From Eledone cirrhosa (Eukaryota): a DNA stretch of 64,000 nucleotides. The notes under the pieces are model-generated. The model worked only from the letters and a program-made list of their open reading frames with translations, was not told the origin of the DNA and made no database searches. The translations under genes were made by a program, and so were the position numbers. Below are positions 12,351 to 26,002 of this stretch, in pieces. The stretch covers positions 97,712,001 to 97,776,000 of the forward strand of contig OZ024744.1 of NCBI GenBank assembly GCA_964016885.1, written 5' to 3'. Numbering within the stretch: the first letter of the stretch is position 1; every line of letters starts with the position of its first letter.

Positions 12351-13432
12351 AATCTGAAAGAGAGAGGTCATCTTAAAACCGATCATATTGTAAAAGATCT
12401 ACCATTTATAAACAAAACCTTTAAGAAAAAAATTCAACAACAGAACCTTCTAGCTGCTTTACAGCTTCCCTTGCTTCCCATTTTTTCTTTATCTTTTTTA
12501 ATACTTATTTTACCTTCCATTGGCCTTCCTTATTTAAACTTTTCATTTTATTTAAAATGTTATTTTTTATATTCACTTATCTCTGTACGTGTGTTTTGTT
12601 TCTCATTCTCAACTGTAAGAAGTTCTAGATATTCCCCGCGTCTGCCATGGCTTCCTCGCTCTTTAAGGATGTTTAAATTGATTAAATAAATATAATAATA
12701 TTTACTATTGTATTACAAAAGTATTATCTCACATAATGTCGAATCTATGATATTTTGATGATATTTATTTTGAGAACAATACCTTAAAGTCAATATGAGT
12801 GGCTGGTTATAGTCGATTTTAACAGAAAGAGGTGAGAGAATTCTGGCCGGATACGGCCGGTTTATATGCTGAAGGGTTAATAAATAAGCATTCCTCAATC
12901 AACTTCCTATGTAGAAAACTATTCAAAAGAAACAGACTTTAAACTAAGTTATAACAGCACGAACAACATAAAAAGTTAACATGTAAACCTTCTAAATTAA
13001 CAGAGGCCGACTATGCATTTTTGATATTTGTAAAAATTTATATTTTTATACTCATTTCTATACAGCAGAATATCTCAAATTACACTCTCGCTATCTCTTT
13101 CTTCAGTTTTAACTCACTGGTAGACATTTTGTTTTAAAAACTCTTTTAGTTGTGTTGTTTCTTAAAACGGAAAGAAACTAACACAACTATTACATATTCA
13201 GATGCGTTATGCCACTAACAACCTTTTGTAAACCAAAATAAAGAACCGGAAACTCTACTATTAAAACTATTTGTATGTCACAGATGTTTTAGACTTGTTT
13301 TGTTGCTCCATGTTTAGCTTCAGCTGAACATGAAGCTTGAAGTTATGACGTGCTATCAATAATGCGAAGAAATACCAATGATAATCAGGAGGCTACTGAT
13401 GATGGACAGTCCCGTTTCTCGGTCTATTTTCA

Positions 13433-13505
<73 letters not shown>

Positions 13506-13688
13506 AATAGGATTTCGCTTCAAGCATAGCTTTATACAATATGTATAAATATTTCGTATCTACAAAGAAATACGATTTTAGGAAGCCGTAGCTATGCAAA
13601 CACCGGGGGGCTGACGCCCTCTGGTGATGTCCAGCAGAAGCAAGGCAGAGGGGACAACCGTATTTCTTTGGAGATACGAAATATTTAT

Positions 13689-13799
<111 letters not shown>

Positions 13800-13855
13800 T
13801 ATGTATATATATATATACATAATAAACAACACAATATAATTATTCCATTACCCAA

Positions 13856-13955
13856 GGTTTCACGAAGTCAGACGATTCTAACAGAAACGCCTAATATCGC
13901 TCATCGATGAGCGATATTAGACGTTTCTATTAGAATTGCCTGTGTCCGAAGAACC
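13856..13955. repeat. Hairpin/MITE-like palindrome centred on TCATCGATGA
   Basis: ATTCTAACAGAAACGCCTAATATCGCTCAT-CG-ATGAGCGATATTAGACGTTTCTATTAGAAT. Confidence 0.8.
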
Positions 13956-14200
13956 TGCAGATCTAGAATCAGCCAGATCCATAAATGATCGTGTCTCGAG
14001 CTGTCTGCCGGCGAAACAATTGTAACACTCAATAAACTGAGAGCAGATGCATCACTGATTTTTCGTTTTATATTATATCACACTCTGCTCTGTAAGAACA
14101 TAGAGTGCTCAACTGGCATACCGCCTATGGAAGCATCATAGCTACCATTAAACACACACGCACACACACACACACACAAACACACACACAAACACACACA

Positions 14201-14303
<103 letters not shown>

Positions 14304-14305
14304 TA

Positions 14306-14343
14306 CGAGCTGAGGATCCGCTAAGGTGAAACAATTGTTCTCG
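14306..14343 (+). ncRNA. Minimal type I hammerhead ribozyme motif
   Basis: CGAG-CTGAGGA-TCCGCTAAGGT-GAAA-CAATTG-TT-CTCG: stem I CGAG/CTCG, palindromic stem III, weak stem II; lies in a 75-bp insert between (TA)n tracts. Confidence 0.65.
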
Positions 14344-14532
14344 GTGTGGTGAACTAACTGTTGTGTAACCACTTCTATATATATATATATAAAGAAAGAA
14401 AGAAAGAAAGAAAGAAAGGGGGAAGGAGGGAGCTGGGGAGAAAGACAACGACACTGAGGATGGGAGACAGAAATAAAGGAAATGGATAGATAGATAGGTA
14501 GATAGATAGATAGATAGATAGATAAATAGATA

Positions 14533-15490
14533 TCTTTATTTGCCACAGGGGCGTACAAAAATGGGACATTACAAGACGTGACGGCGGGGGTTTTAGATAA
14601 AAATAACTTTAACATTAATAAATAACAATAAACTATATATAATAAAATAACAATTGAAATCCCCAGTAGGGGGAACGTTACTGCAGGGTTGTTTTACACC
14701 CGTGGATAGAACAATCCTCAACACCAGGAACACGTTTTGCAGGTGTTTCTGTCTTCCCTCTGTTTATCTTAGTCAACCTACAGGTTTATATACAGAGAAG
14801 GCCCATTCACTCGGGTTATTTTTGCCACATTCACCCACCTTTCAGGGAATTTACTGGGGTGTAACACCTCTCTTTCCACTCTCATCTTCCTTCTGAAGGG
14901 GATAAGTTATTGTCCGGAGAGAAAGGTGTTTGCTCTCAGTCCTTTTAACCTCGTCCACCATATTACCTCTTTCGCCATAGCCACCAGACCGAAATAGATA
15001 GATAACTTTCTTTTTATTTGCCACCAGGGCATCAACAAGTGGGACAAGTACAATGGGGGGAGTTTACATAAAAAGGCGTCCTCAATAAGGAGGAGGCAAT
15101 AACAAGATGTAAAAATAAAATAAAATATAACAAAAATAAATTTAATAACAAACTCCTCAATATGGAGGAGGCGCCTTGGGGGCTCGCACACACCCCCGAA
15201 AAAAAGTGTGCAACCCTTCTCCTCAGGAGCACAGAGAGGAGGTGCTACCTTGATCTTTCATCTTCCTCACCTATAGTCTGATGTAGAGTGAAGGCCCATT
15301 CACACGGGCCATTCTCGCCACTTTCACCCATCTTTCATAAAAAACGGCTGGGGTGCAGCACCTCTCTCTCCATCCTGATCCTTCTTCCGAAATGATATTG
15401 GAAGAAACGGACCAGTTGTTGGCCAGAGAGAAAGGTGTCTGACCTCAGTCCTTTCAGACGCGTCCACCATACAACCTCTTTCGCCATGGC
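14533..15490 (-). mobile_element. Two 5'-truncated Tx1/L1-clade LINE 3' ends separated and flanked by (GATA)n
   Basis: AMAKEVIWWTRLKGLR motif shared with 17193-17405; AATAAA at the 3' end. Confidence 0.8.
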
Positions 15491-15493
15491 TAT

Positions 15494-15567
<74 letters not shown>

Positions 15568-15734
15568 TGATAAATGGATAGATAGACAGACAGACATACT
15601 GACAGACAGACAGACAGACAGACAGATGGATCGACTGATGAAGTTTATGACGTAACTATATCCGTGATAATTATTTACCACATAACATTGATTGGTTGTT
15701 TAGTTTTAGCTTATTGTTGTTGTAGTTGTTGTAG

Positions 15735-15765
<31 letters not shown>

Positions 15766-16430
15766 AGGTGTTGTTGTTGTTTATGGTGATGGTGAAGATG
15801 TTGTTTCCATCATTTTTCTCCAGCATGTTTCCACACCACCACCACCACCACCACCACCACCACTATGGTGATAGTGATGTTGGTGGTGGTGGTGGTGTTG
15901 GTGGTGTTGGGGGGGGGGATATTCATGATTATGATACTGATTTTATGGTAGTGCTGATGACGTGGTTGATAACAATGATGATGATGATGATGATGATGAT
16001 GATAAGGAGTAAGATGGATAGAGGAAGAGGAGGGGGTGAATTAGCAGAATGTGGAGAGTAGAAGAAGAAGAAGAAGAAGAAGAAGAAGAAGAAGAGGAGG
16101 AGGAGGAGGAAGAAGAAGAAGAAGAAGAAGAAGAAGAAGAAGAAGAAGAAGAAGAAGAAGAAGAAGAAGAAGGAAGTGCAGGAGTGGGAAGTGAAGGAAT
16201 TAAAGGGTGAGGAAGAAATATATTCCAATACCCGAAATATTATAATCAGCAATGAAACAGACACTGTTTGACTTCATAATCAGAGTTCTTGCCATTCTCC
16301 CCCCTCCCCCTCCATTTCTTTTTTTTATTTCTTTTTCTCTTTTTTCTCTATATTTACCTATTCTTTTTTTTGTTTCCTTTTCTTTATTTTATTTTGCTGT
16401 TATTATTGTTGTCATTATTATTATTCATCT

Positions 16431-17715
16431 ACTACCGCCTGACCGTCGTGCCTTGCCCACGTCCGCGCCACGCCAAGTTGGAACGGCTCCTCTTCAAATT
16501 CTTGTGGAGAGGACAAGTCCCGTTGGTGAGGCGGTCCATCTGCTGCCAGCGCCCTCTTCGCGGAGGGCTGGGCATGCCGTGGCTAATGATGCGCAGACAT
16601 GCGCTGAGGATGCGGCATCTCTAGATATTCTGCCTAAACGGTGAACAGGCGTTGTCGCCGTTTATCAGACGGGCCTTTCCGCAGCTCGTTTCTTTGACTA
16701 AGCTGCAGTCCTGGGTTAAGAAGAGACCAAGACTGGGTGACTGGCACCTGGAATATTGCCAGGCACTCACTGCTCTCTACCAAGCGGGCAATGCAATCAG
16801 TGGAACTTCCACTCTTGAGTTCTATAGAGGATTAGTGGTGGGAAAGTGCGATGACGCACTCGGAGAAGCTTTGGGCCTCGACGAAGTCGAACTGACCAGT
16901 CGTTCCGGAGGACTTTCGAGCCAGGGACAATGGAGAATTTCCAGAAATCCCTCGCTTGGCACTGCTTCCGGGGAGCACTGCGGGTTCGAGATAAACTCTA
17001 CAGGCACGGAAGTACTGTCAGACGGACCTGCCTGAGATGCGTACAGAGGAGCGACAAAACCGTTCTGCACGCACTTGTCCAATGTCCGTGCATTACTGAC
17101 TTGTAGGAGTTATGTCAAACAGCTACTATCGCGTGTGGAACGGATCCGGCTATCGGCCGAGTCCATAGTGAAGATCGACCCGCCGCCTTCCTTTGGTCAG
17201 GAAGAGCAGTCAATTTTCCTGTCTGGTGGCAGTTGCGAAAGAGGTTATATGGTGGGCCAGATTAAAAGGACTGAAGACAGACACTTTTCTCTTCGGCCAA
17301 TCCCTCATCAACTTCTTCAAGTTTCACCTGGAAAGGAAGGTGAGGGTGGAGAGAGAAGTGATGCCCCCCCCCCCCCCCCCAGTACATTTGGTAAAAGGTG
17401 GATGAATGTGGTGAGAATGGCCCGTGTGAATGGGCCTACTCTGACCATGCGCCTATAGGATAGCTAATTTGAGGAGAAGGGTGCTCTCCCTGGGTGCCCT
17501 AGATCGCAGGGTGGTTCAGGATTGGTGGGGTACCTGAGTCACCCCTGAGTCGTCCACCCCCCTATAGGGGAATTTATTTTGTTATATTTGTGCATAGTTT
17601 ATCTTATATTTTTATATCTTCATTAGTTTTGCCATTGTGCAATTTTACTCGACCTTATTGTCCTTGTCTTTGTATTGTCCCCTACATGTCGGCTCTTGTG
17701 GCCAATAAATGAAAA
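16431..17715 (+). mobile_element. Tx1/L1-clade LINE, 5'-truncated, with frameshifts
   Basis: YYRLTVVPCP..LFKFLWRG..RGGLGMP post-RT region, CCHC-like CLRC..TVLHALVQC, 3' UTR ending AATAAATGAAA. Confidence 0.85.
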
Positions 17716-17719
17716 CATT

Positions 17720-18930
17720 GTGGATTGGCAGTATCGGTAGAGGGTCGGACGCCATGCTTTCCATCATAGTTACGTCTCTTTACGATCTGAGTTCAAATCC
17801 CGCCGAGGTTGACTTTGCCTTTCATCCTTACGGAGTCGATAAAATAAAATACCAGTAATGCACTGGGTAATTGCTGGCCTTGTGCCAAAAGTAGAAACAA
17901 TTATTATTGTGCCTTTCATCCTTACAGGGCCTACTCTGATCATGCGCCTGTAGGCTGGTAAATTTGAGGAGGAGAAGGGTGCCCTTTCCCAGGTGCCCTC
18001 GAATCGTCGGGTGGTTCGGGATTGGTGGGGTCCCTGAATCAACCCTGCGTGATTATCCCCCCTATTTGGAATTTTCATTGTTGTATTTTTTTTGTTTATT
18101 GTTATTGTTTTCCTATTTTTTACTCGATTTTTGTGTAACCCCCCCCCCCCACTGTCCCCGTCTATTGTATTGTCCCCTATATGTCGGTCCTTGTGGCCAA
18201 TAAATGAAACCATTATTATTATTATTATTATTACTGTAAGGGCGGTGGATTGGCAGTATCAGTAGAGGGTCGGACGCCATGCTTTGACGCATAGAGTTAC
18301 GCCCTTTTCCATTCCGAGTTCAAATTCCGCCGAGGTTAACTTTGCCTTTCATCCTTACGGGGTCGATAAAATAAAGTACCAGTAATGCACTGGGGTAATT
18401 GCTGGCCTTGTGCCAAAAGTAGAAACAATTATTATTATTACTGTAGATTGGCAGTATCGGTAGAGCGTCAGACACCATGCTTTGCAGCATAGAGTTACGG
18501 CCCTTTACTGTCCAAGTTCAAATCCCGCCGAGATTAACTCTGCCTTTCATCCTTACGGGGGGCGTCGATGAAATAAAGTACCAGTAATGCACTGGGATAA
18601 TTGCTGGCCTTGTGCCAAAAGTAGAAACAATTATTGGGTCGCCAAGTATGAAATTTGTAGAAATGTTTTTTTTTTTCTAGAAATTTCTAGAAATTTCTAG
18701 AAATTTCATACTTGATGACCCAATATTATTTCTGTAAAGGGCGGTGGATTGGCAGTATCGGTAGAGGGTCGGACGCCATGCTTTCCAGCATAGTTACGTC
18801 CCTTTACGGTCTGAGTTCAAATCCCGCTGAAGTTGACTTTGTCTTTCATCCTTACGAGAGTCGATAAAATAAAGTACCAGTAATACACTGGGTAATTGCT
18901 GGCCTTGTGCCTAACGTAGAAACAATTATT
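17720..18930 (+). mobile_element. Cluster of four Meta-type SINEs (about 17720, 18241, 18445, 18739) plus a LINE 3' UTR (17925-18210)
   Basis: Family consensus repeated, each copy ending AGAAACAATTATT. Confidence 0.9.
18632..18725. mobile_element. Mini mariner-like MITE
   Basis: TATTGGGTCGCCAAGTATGAAATTT / AAATTTCATACTTGATGACCCAATA. Confidence 0.7.
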
Positions 18931-19247
18931 ACTGTAAATTTAAAAAAATCTTTCTTTCATTTTTGTGTTGCTTGTTGTTGTTATTGTTTTGTTTTTACTT
19001 TTTGTGCATTTTTTTAAATTTCTTTTTTTAGATTTTTTTTCCGAAAGAGAGAGAAAAACCAACTTCTGTGTACATCTCTGTTTGTAGAGGATTGCTATTA
19101 GATAAACTGTATCTGTCTGCAAATAGTTTTAACTGTGTGAAATTACACTTATTAAGAATAGATCAATCATCCTATATTATATACAACTTCAGGAGCAGTA
19201 TCAGTTCTTAACACTGAATACTCTATTTGTCACAAAAATGTTGCCAC

Positions 19248-19250
<3 letters not shown>

Positions 19251-19308
<58 letters not shown>

Positions 19309-19408
19309 ATTTAATATACAGTATATATATGTATATATGTACTTAGTGTGTGTGTGTGTGTGTGTGTGTGCATTTAATATACAGTATATATATGTATATA
19401 TGTACTTA

Positions 19409-19444
<36 letters not shown>

Positions 19445-19616
19445 ATTTAATATACAGTATATATATGTATATATGTACTTAGTGTGTGTGTGTGTGTATG
19501 TGTGTGTGTGTGTGTGTGCATTTAATATACAGTATATATATGTATATATGTACTTAGTGTATGTGTGTGTGTGTGTGTGTGCATTTAATATACAGTATAT
19601 ATATGTATATATGTAC

Positions 19617-19653
<37 letters not shown>

Positions 19654-19687
19654 ATTTAATATACAGTATATATATGTATATATGTAC

Positions 19688-19719
<32 letters not shown>

Positions 19720-19757
19720 CATTTAATATACAGTATATATATGTATATATGTACTTA

Positions 19758-19793
<36 letters not shown>

Positions 19794-19961
19794 ATTTAAT
19801 ATACAGTATATATATGTATATATGTACTTAGTGTGTGTGTGTATGTGTGTGTGTGTGTGTGTGCATTTAATATACAGTATATATATGTATATATGTACTT
19901 AGTGTATGTGTGTGTGTGTGTGTGTGCATTTAATATACAGTATATATATGTATATATGTAC

Positions 19962-19992
<31 letters not shown>
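19251..19992. repeat. Composite tandem: (TG)n + CATTTAATATACAGTATATATATGTATATATGTACTTA, about 11 units
   Basis: Directly visible. Confidence 0.95.
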
Positions 19993-19995
<3 letters not shown>

Positions 19996-20223
19996 TAAGA
20001 TGTCAACATGAATGGACCTGTTATTTTTATCTAAAGACATTTTTTCCAATTCCAACCCACCCGTCCTCTCAATCTATTGTATTTCTCATTCTTTCTTCTG
20101 ATGAAAGACTAGCGTCCGAAACTTTAAGACCCTCTTCCTGATATATCAAGCCTTAACCTAATATATCCCTTCCATATGCTGTACCGATTGTGTTGTTATT
20201 TCTATTTACCTTTTACATACACA

Positions 20224-20321
<98 letters not shown>

Positions 20322-20447
20322 AAAATTCTCTATTCTTCTTTGAGCTAATATTATTAATATTACTGTGAACTGCGGAATACTCTTAATTCCGATCCTAGTA
20401 TAGGACAGAACAAAGGAGAGGCACAAAAACAAAGAAAAGAATCCCCA

Positions 20448-20490
20448 GTCACTGAAGAGGTCACAGAATGTGTGTCGAAAGAACTTTGAC
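20448..20490 (+). ncRNA. Minimal type I hammerhead ribozyme motif
   Basis: GTCA-CTGAAGA-GGTCACAGAATGTGTGTC-GAAA-GAAC-TT-TGAC: stem I GTCA/TGAC; in an insert between (TA)n tracts. Confidence 0.6.
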
Positions 20491-20696
20491 AATATATGAA
20501 CAATCGTCTGGTTGTGGAACCAACCAACCGGAAATTTATATATTCCTAAATTTATAAATTTAATTTATAATAAATTGAAGTGAAAGCAACTAGTGCGTGT
20601 GTTTCTAATTGGCAACATGACCCTCCCAAAGTATAACAATATCAGTTTCAACACACGTTTTCAGATAAAGAATCTTGCTAAACAAATTCAGAAACG

Positions 20697-20780
<84 letters not shown>

Positions 20781-20782
<2 letters not shown>

Positions 20783-21162
20783 GATGACTTCGCTCCTGAT
20801 GTGCTCTCTCTCAACGAGATTCCTAGCATTGATCTCTCCATGGCTCTTTGAGTCGTTACCAGCCTCTGTTCTTCTCTCTTCGTTGTAGCCCAAGTTTCAC
20901 TGCCATATAACATTGCAGATGGGCTGGACACGTCGCCCGGTTCACCGATAATCGGTGGATCCTCGCAGTTGCCGAGTGGTACCCGCGCCGCGAGCGGAAA
21001 CGACAACTCGGAAGGCCTCCACGAGGGCGGAGTTACGATTTTAGGAATACGATTGGGACTACATGGATGAGGAAAGCACGATCCAGAGAGGAATCGATGG
21101 CGTGCTGTGACCAGCGGCGCCGAATGGACGCCCGACAGACTGGTCAGTCAAGGTGAAGGTGA
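20781..21162. mobile_element. RTE-clade LINE 3' fragment with 5' inversion
   Basis: Minus 20781-20916: MLYGSETWATTKREEQRLVTTQRAMERSMLGISLREHIRSEVIR (one frameshift). Plus 20917-21162: RWAGHVARFTDNRW..GRPP, ending in an AAGGTG repeat tail. Confidence 0.9.
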
Positions 21163-21418
21163 TATATATATATATATATACATGTATACATATATATTCA
21201 TATATATATATACTTATGTGAGTGAGAAAAACCACAGACCTTTGCAATTTTCAACTGTAATGAGATGGGTAAATTTTGTGCCTTATACACAGTGAAAAGT
21301 GGCTCCCAAATGCTAAATCTTGCAAACTGTATTTCGACCAATCGGTGTATACATATATATTCATATATATATATACTTATGTGAGTGAGAAAAACCACAG
21401 ACCCTCCATCTCAACTCA

Positions 21419-21456
21419 CCTTTTGAAAAGCAGAAGAACTGCGAAACCGGTAAAGG
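21419..21456 (+). ncRNA. Minimal hammerhead motif with U3-A8 core variant
   Basis: CCTT-TTGAAAA-GCAG(AAGAA)CTGC-GAAA-CCGG-TA-AAGG; stems I and II perfect, stem III palindromic. Confidence 0.75.
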
Positions 21457-22843
21457 AACCAAATAAATATATATATTTTTAAAAAAAATAAGACTTCAGT
21501 TGCATTTTCGATTTCATCTCTTTTTCTTTATATATACTTATATATACATAAATATGTATATATAAGTATATATATATATAAATATGTATATATATAAGTA
21601 TATATATATGTACATATTAACAACTGTTGCATATTGTAGTAAAAGTCACAAAAAAAAATGTCACAATGTGTGTGTATAATATACATATATGTGTGTGTGT
21701 GTATGTGTGTGTGTATATATATATATATATACATATGTGTGTGTGTGTGTTCATACTGAACCTTACTAATTACATGGACTCAATGAGTTTCTAAGAATAT
21801 AATTAATATCACCCCCACCCCACACTCCCGTTTCTTTTTTGACATTTGAATTTATAAGTTATCTCAGTAAGCGCAACAGAATACAAAATCCGAAATTAGT
21901 TATGGAATGTGTGTCTCTGTATGTGTGTGTGTGTATGTGTGTATGTGTGTGCTTGTGTGTATGTGTATATATGTGTGTGTGTGTGTGTATCTGAGTATGT
22001 ATGCGTGCGTCTGTGTGAATGTGTGTGTGTGTGTACGTCTGTATGATTGTGTGTATGTGTGTGTGTATGTGTGTATGTGTGTATGTATGCGTGTATGTGT
22101 GTATGTGTGTATGCGTATCTGTGTGTGCCTGTGTGTATGTGTATATGTGTGTGTCTCTGTGTGTCTGTATGTGTGTGTATGTGTGTGTCTGTATGTGTGT
22201 ATATATGTGTGTATGTGTGTGTGATGTGTTTGTGTATGTGTGTATGAGTGTATGTGTGTGCGCGTGTCTGTATATATATATGTATGTGTGTGTGTGTATC
22301 TGAGTATGTATGTGTGTATGTATGTGTGCGTCTGTGTGAATGTGTGTGTGTGTGTGTGTATCTGAGTATGTATGTGTGCGTCTGTGTGCGTCTGTGTGAA
22401 TGTGTGTGTGTGTGTGTGCGTCTGTATGGTTGTGTGCATGTGTGTATGTGTGTGTATGTGTGCCACAAATAACGGACTAGCTGTGAAAATGGATGGGGTT
22501 ATAATATAAAAAATAAGAGAAACCGTTTAGTAACAATAACTTCCTACGATGCCTCATCTCATCTAACTGAAAATGAGTTGGAAAATTATAAATGACCCGA
22601 AAGAATAGTGAACAAATTGCAAGCAAATTGTATGAGAGCAAGATGGTTGGATATCGACCAATGAGCTTGGTTGGTCTTGCTTGGAGATCAAGCCGGACCA
22701 GTTGGAGGCGGTTGCTTCTGACAGGACCACACCATGTTTCCACACCACCACCATCATCATGGTGATGGTGGTGAGTGGTGTGCCTGTGTATTGATGATTA
22801 TGATACTGATGGTGTGGTGGTGCTGATGACGTTGTTGATAATA

Positions 22844-22882
<39 letters not shown>

Positions 22883-22938
22883 GTGGTGGTGATGATGGTG
22901 GTGATGATGGTGATGGTGATGATAAGGAGTAAGATCGA

Positions 22939-22969
<31 letters not shown>

Positions 22970-23439
22970 AAGAAGAAGAAGAAGAAGAAGAAGAAGAAGA
23001 AGAAGAGGGAAACAGACAGATTTTAAAATTTCTAATTTAGGATTAGCGTTAGGCCAACAATCTATGGTTAGTTTTAGACCTTGGGGACCCGGAGCACTTC
23101 AGATTTGAGGGACCCCTCATACACAAAAAATTAGAATACACAGCAAACCTCCCAGTTTTACATATCAAAGTTAGCTTGGTGCAAGGAACAGGAATTGAAA
23201 AGTTATACAAACAGGTATTAAATTTAAAAAATCTAACCACCCTCAAATTAAAAACTCCAGCAGAGGGCACAAATAAATTGCTTGTGGGGCCTACCACTGC
23301 AAGGGCGCTTGGAAATTGCTCCCCCCCCCCCCTCCCCGCCCATCCCATTAAATCCAGTCTTGGTTGGGGGGAGGGAATCGATTGAATTCATCCTAGTACT
23401 AGAAGTCATTGTGTCCGACTCTCTACCAAGCATATAATA

Positions 23440-23850
23440 ATTGTTTCTACTATTGCCACGAGGCCAGCAATTACCCCAGTGCATTACTGGTACTTTATTT
23501 TATCGACCCCGTAAGGATGAACGGCAAAGTTAACCTCGGCGAGATTTGAACTCAGAACATAATGGGCCACAACTCTATGCTGCAAATAATGGCGTCCGAC
23601 CCTCTACCGATACTGTCAATCCACCACCCGAGCACATAATAATAATTGTTCTTACTTTTGGTCCAAGGCCAGCAATTACCCCAGTACATTACTGGTACTT
23701 TATTTTATCGACAACGTAAGGATGAAAGGCAAAGCTAACCTTAGTGGGATTTGAACTAAGAGCGTAAAGGGTCATACCTCTATGCTGCAAAGCATGGCGT
23801 CTGACGCTCTACCGATACTGACGCTCTACCGATACTGACGCTCTACCGAT
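23440..23850 (-). mobile_element. Two tandem Meta-type SINEs; head of the second has a 17-bp triplication
   Basis: Consensus match; TGACGCTCTACCGATAC x3. Confidence 0.9.
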
Positions 23851-23949
23851 ACACGCGTACATACATACATACATACATACATACATACATACATACATAC
23901 ATACATACATACATACACACACACACAGACAGACTGACGGACATGCATG

Positions 23950-24152
23950 TGAGGGTTGGCTGAAAAGCTCATAAGCTAACTATGAAAAAGTGATGCTAGA
24001 GCTGTGAAATCTTGCATCTAATACATTCATTTCAACTCTTCTTATTAATGAAACTGCATTGTTTCTTTCCAGGGATTATGTTGAAAAATAAACCTCATTT
24101 GGTCATTCCATGAGAGTATCTTGGTCAGCCTAACTTTTCAGTCGACCCCCAT
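23950..24152. mobile_element. Mariner-like MITE
   Basis: GAGGGTTGGCTGAAAAG / CTTTTCAGTCGACCCC inverted termini. Confidence 0.6.
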
Positions 24153-25102
24153 ATTGAGGTTGAATTAATTAATTTTCCCCTTAAATTGCTGGCCTTGTGC
24201 CTAAATTAGAAATCAATATTTATTCACTCACTTTAGTGAGGTTAATTGGCAGAATTGGTAGAGCATTAGATAAAATACTATTGTGATATATGTTCTGGTT
24301 CTTTAACATTCTGAGTTCAATGGAAGTTTGGTTCATTTGTGTTCGGATCTGGTGTATATGGATATGTTTCACGAACATAAACTCATAGTTGAAATTGTCA
24401 TACACTATCTTGGTATTTTGGGAGTGTATATTTCACATTAGGCCTGGAGCTAAAGCCGTTATTGCACAGACCTGGGTCTCTAACTATCGTTGCCCTGACA
24501 TAGGTCTATAGCTATCATTAGACATGTTTAGGGCTAGAGCTGTAGGTGGACAAGCCTGATGTGGACAAATTTATGCCCCAAAAATATCTCCTCTGCAATA
24601 TCCCTACCACCCTCAACTTAAGAAATCTTAAATATCAATTTTATTAGCAAGAGTTAAATCCTTACACATCAACTTCAAGGCTGAAAATAATAACAGAAAA
24701 CAACTTAACAAACATTCTTACACACAATTATGATGAAGGGTTTTTAGATGAACATAAGTTCTTTAAATCTTTCGTTATCATATTTATAATAAAAGACACT
24801 GGCTATCATTTTCAAATAATTTTGAAAATAATCAAGAATTTTGAAAGATTTAATAATATAACTGATTTCCTCATTATTACGCAATAACATCACTTAACAA
24901 AGCTTCTTACATAAAATGGAAGCTTTTTAGATAAATATAAACACATTAAAACAAACAGTTCTATATAAAAAAGAAAAGTAAAAGCGAAACTACCCATTGT
25001 AAGCATGGTGTTCACCCGGCGTAAACCTTCGTACAATGTCAGGAGATGCTAATTGCTGCGTTCTTGCATCATCAGTTTCCGTCTTCAATATTAAACTCGC
25101 AA

Positions 25103-25322
25103 AGGTGGTGAATTGGTAGTATTGGTGGAGCGTTGGACAACTTAGTTTATGGCATAGAGTTACGGCCTTTTACGATCTGAGTTCAAATCCTGCCAAGGTA
25201 AACTTTGCCTTTCATCTTTACGGGGTCGATAAAATATAAAGTACCAGTGATGCACTGGGATTGGTTTAATCGACTTTCATCTCCCCAAAAATTATTTGCC
25301 TTCTGCCTAAATCAGAAACCAA
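25103..25322 (+). mobile_element. Meta-type SINE, long-tail variant
   Basis: Consensus match with the extra TTTAATCGACTTT segment. Confidence 0.85.
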
Positions 25323-25395
25323 TATTCAACTCTCAAAGCACTAAATAACCCATACAGACTCTGCTATCATTATACTCCACCAATCCCCTAACTAA

Positions 25396-25800
25396 CTAAC
25401 TAACTAACCAACCAGTGATAAAAACATAGCTGTATAGACAACAGCAACATAGAATTGATAAATATATCCGAACACGGAAGAGCCGAACTCCCACTGTCAT
25501 CGCCTCCATCTCTCTCACCCTCCCCATCTCTCTGTATAGTGAGAAAATGGTATCCCACGAGCTGGCCGCTCCACAGCTCCGGCGGACATAATGGAGAAGG
25601 CGTTTCTCCGGAGGATGGTAAGGCAGATGCGCTGAAAGAGCCATTCCATCTCGTGAGGCTCACACCTGCGGCTGGCCAGCTCAGCGGCTATTATGGTCAG
25701 TAGGGAGGTCGCCCTAGGGCCAAGGACACCAGAAGTCTCCACTGCTAGGTGTACGACTGCAAACCTGTCGGAGAGCGACGAAGTGCTGATCGACTCGAAG
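25396..25800 (-). mobile_element. CRE-clade non-LTR retrotransposon 3' fragment with (TTAG)n tail
   Basis: SLSDRFAVVHLAVETSGVLGPRATSLL..WLFQRICLTILRRNAFSI matches the RLE C-terminal ETxG..FQR..RGNA pattern. Confidence 0.7.
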
Positions 25801-25813
25801 ATATTCTCAAATA

Positions 25814-26002
25814 ATTGTTTCTACTTTTGACACAAGGCCAGCAATTAATCCAGTGTATTACTGGTACTTTATTTTATCGACCCCGTAAGGATGAAAGGCA
25901 AAGTTAACCTTGGCGGGATTTGAACTCAGAAAGGCAAGGGCCGTAACTCTATACATCAAAGCATGGCGTCCGACCCTCTACCAATACTGCCAATCCACTG
26001 CC
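25814..26002 (-). mobile_element. Meta-type SINE with TSD TATTCTCAAATAAT
   Basis: Duplicated flank at about 25802 and 26003. Confidence 0.9.

Noticed and set aside
20095-20140. CTGATGA..GAAA hammerhead candidate
   Set aside because: Stems I and III do not pair convincingly; probably a decayed copy
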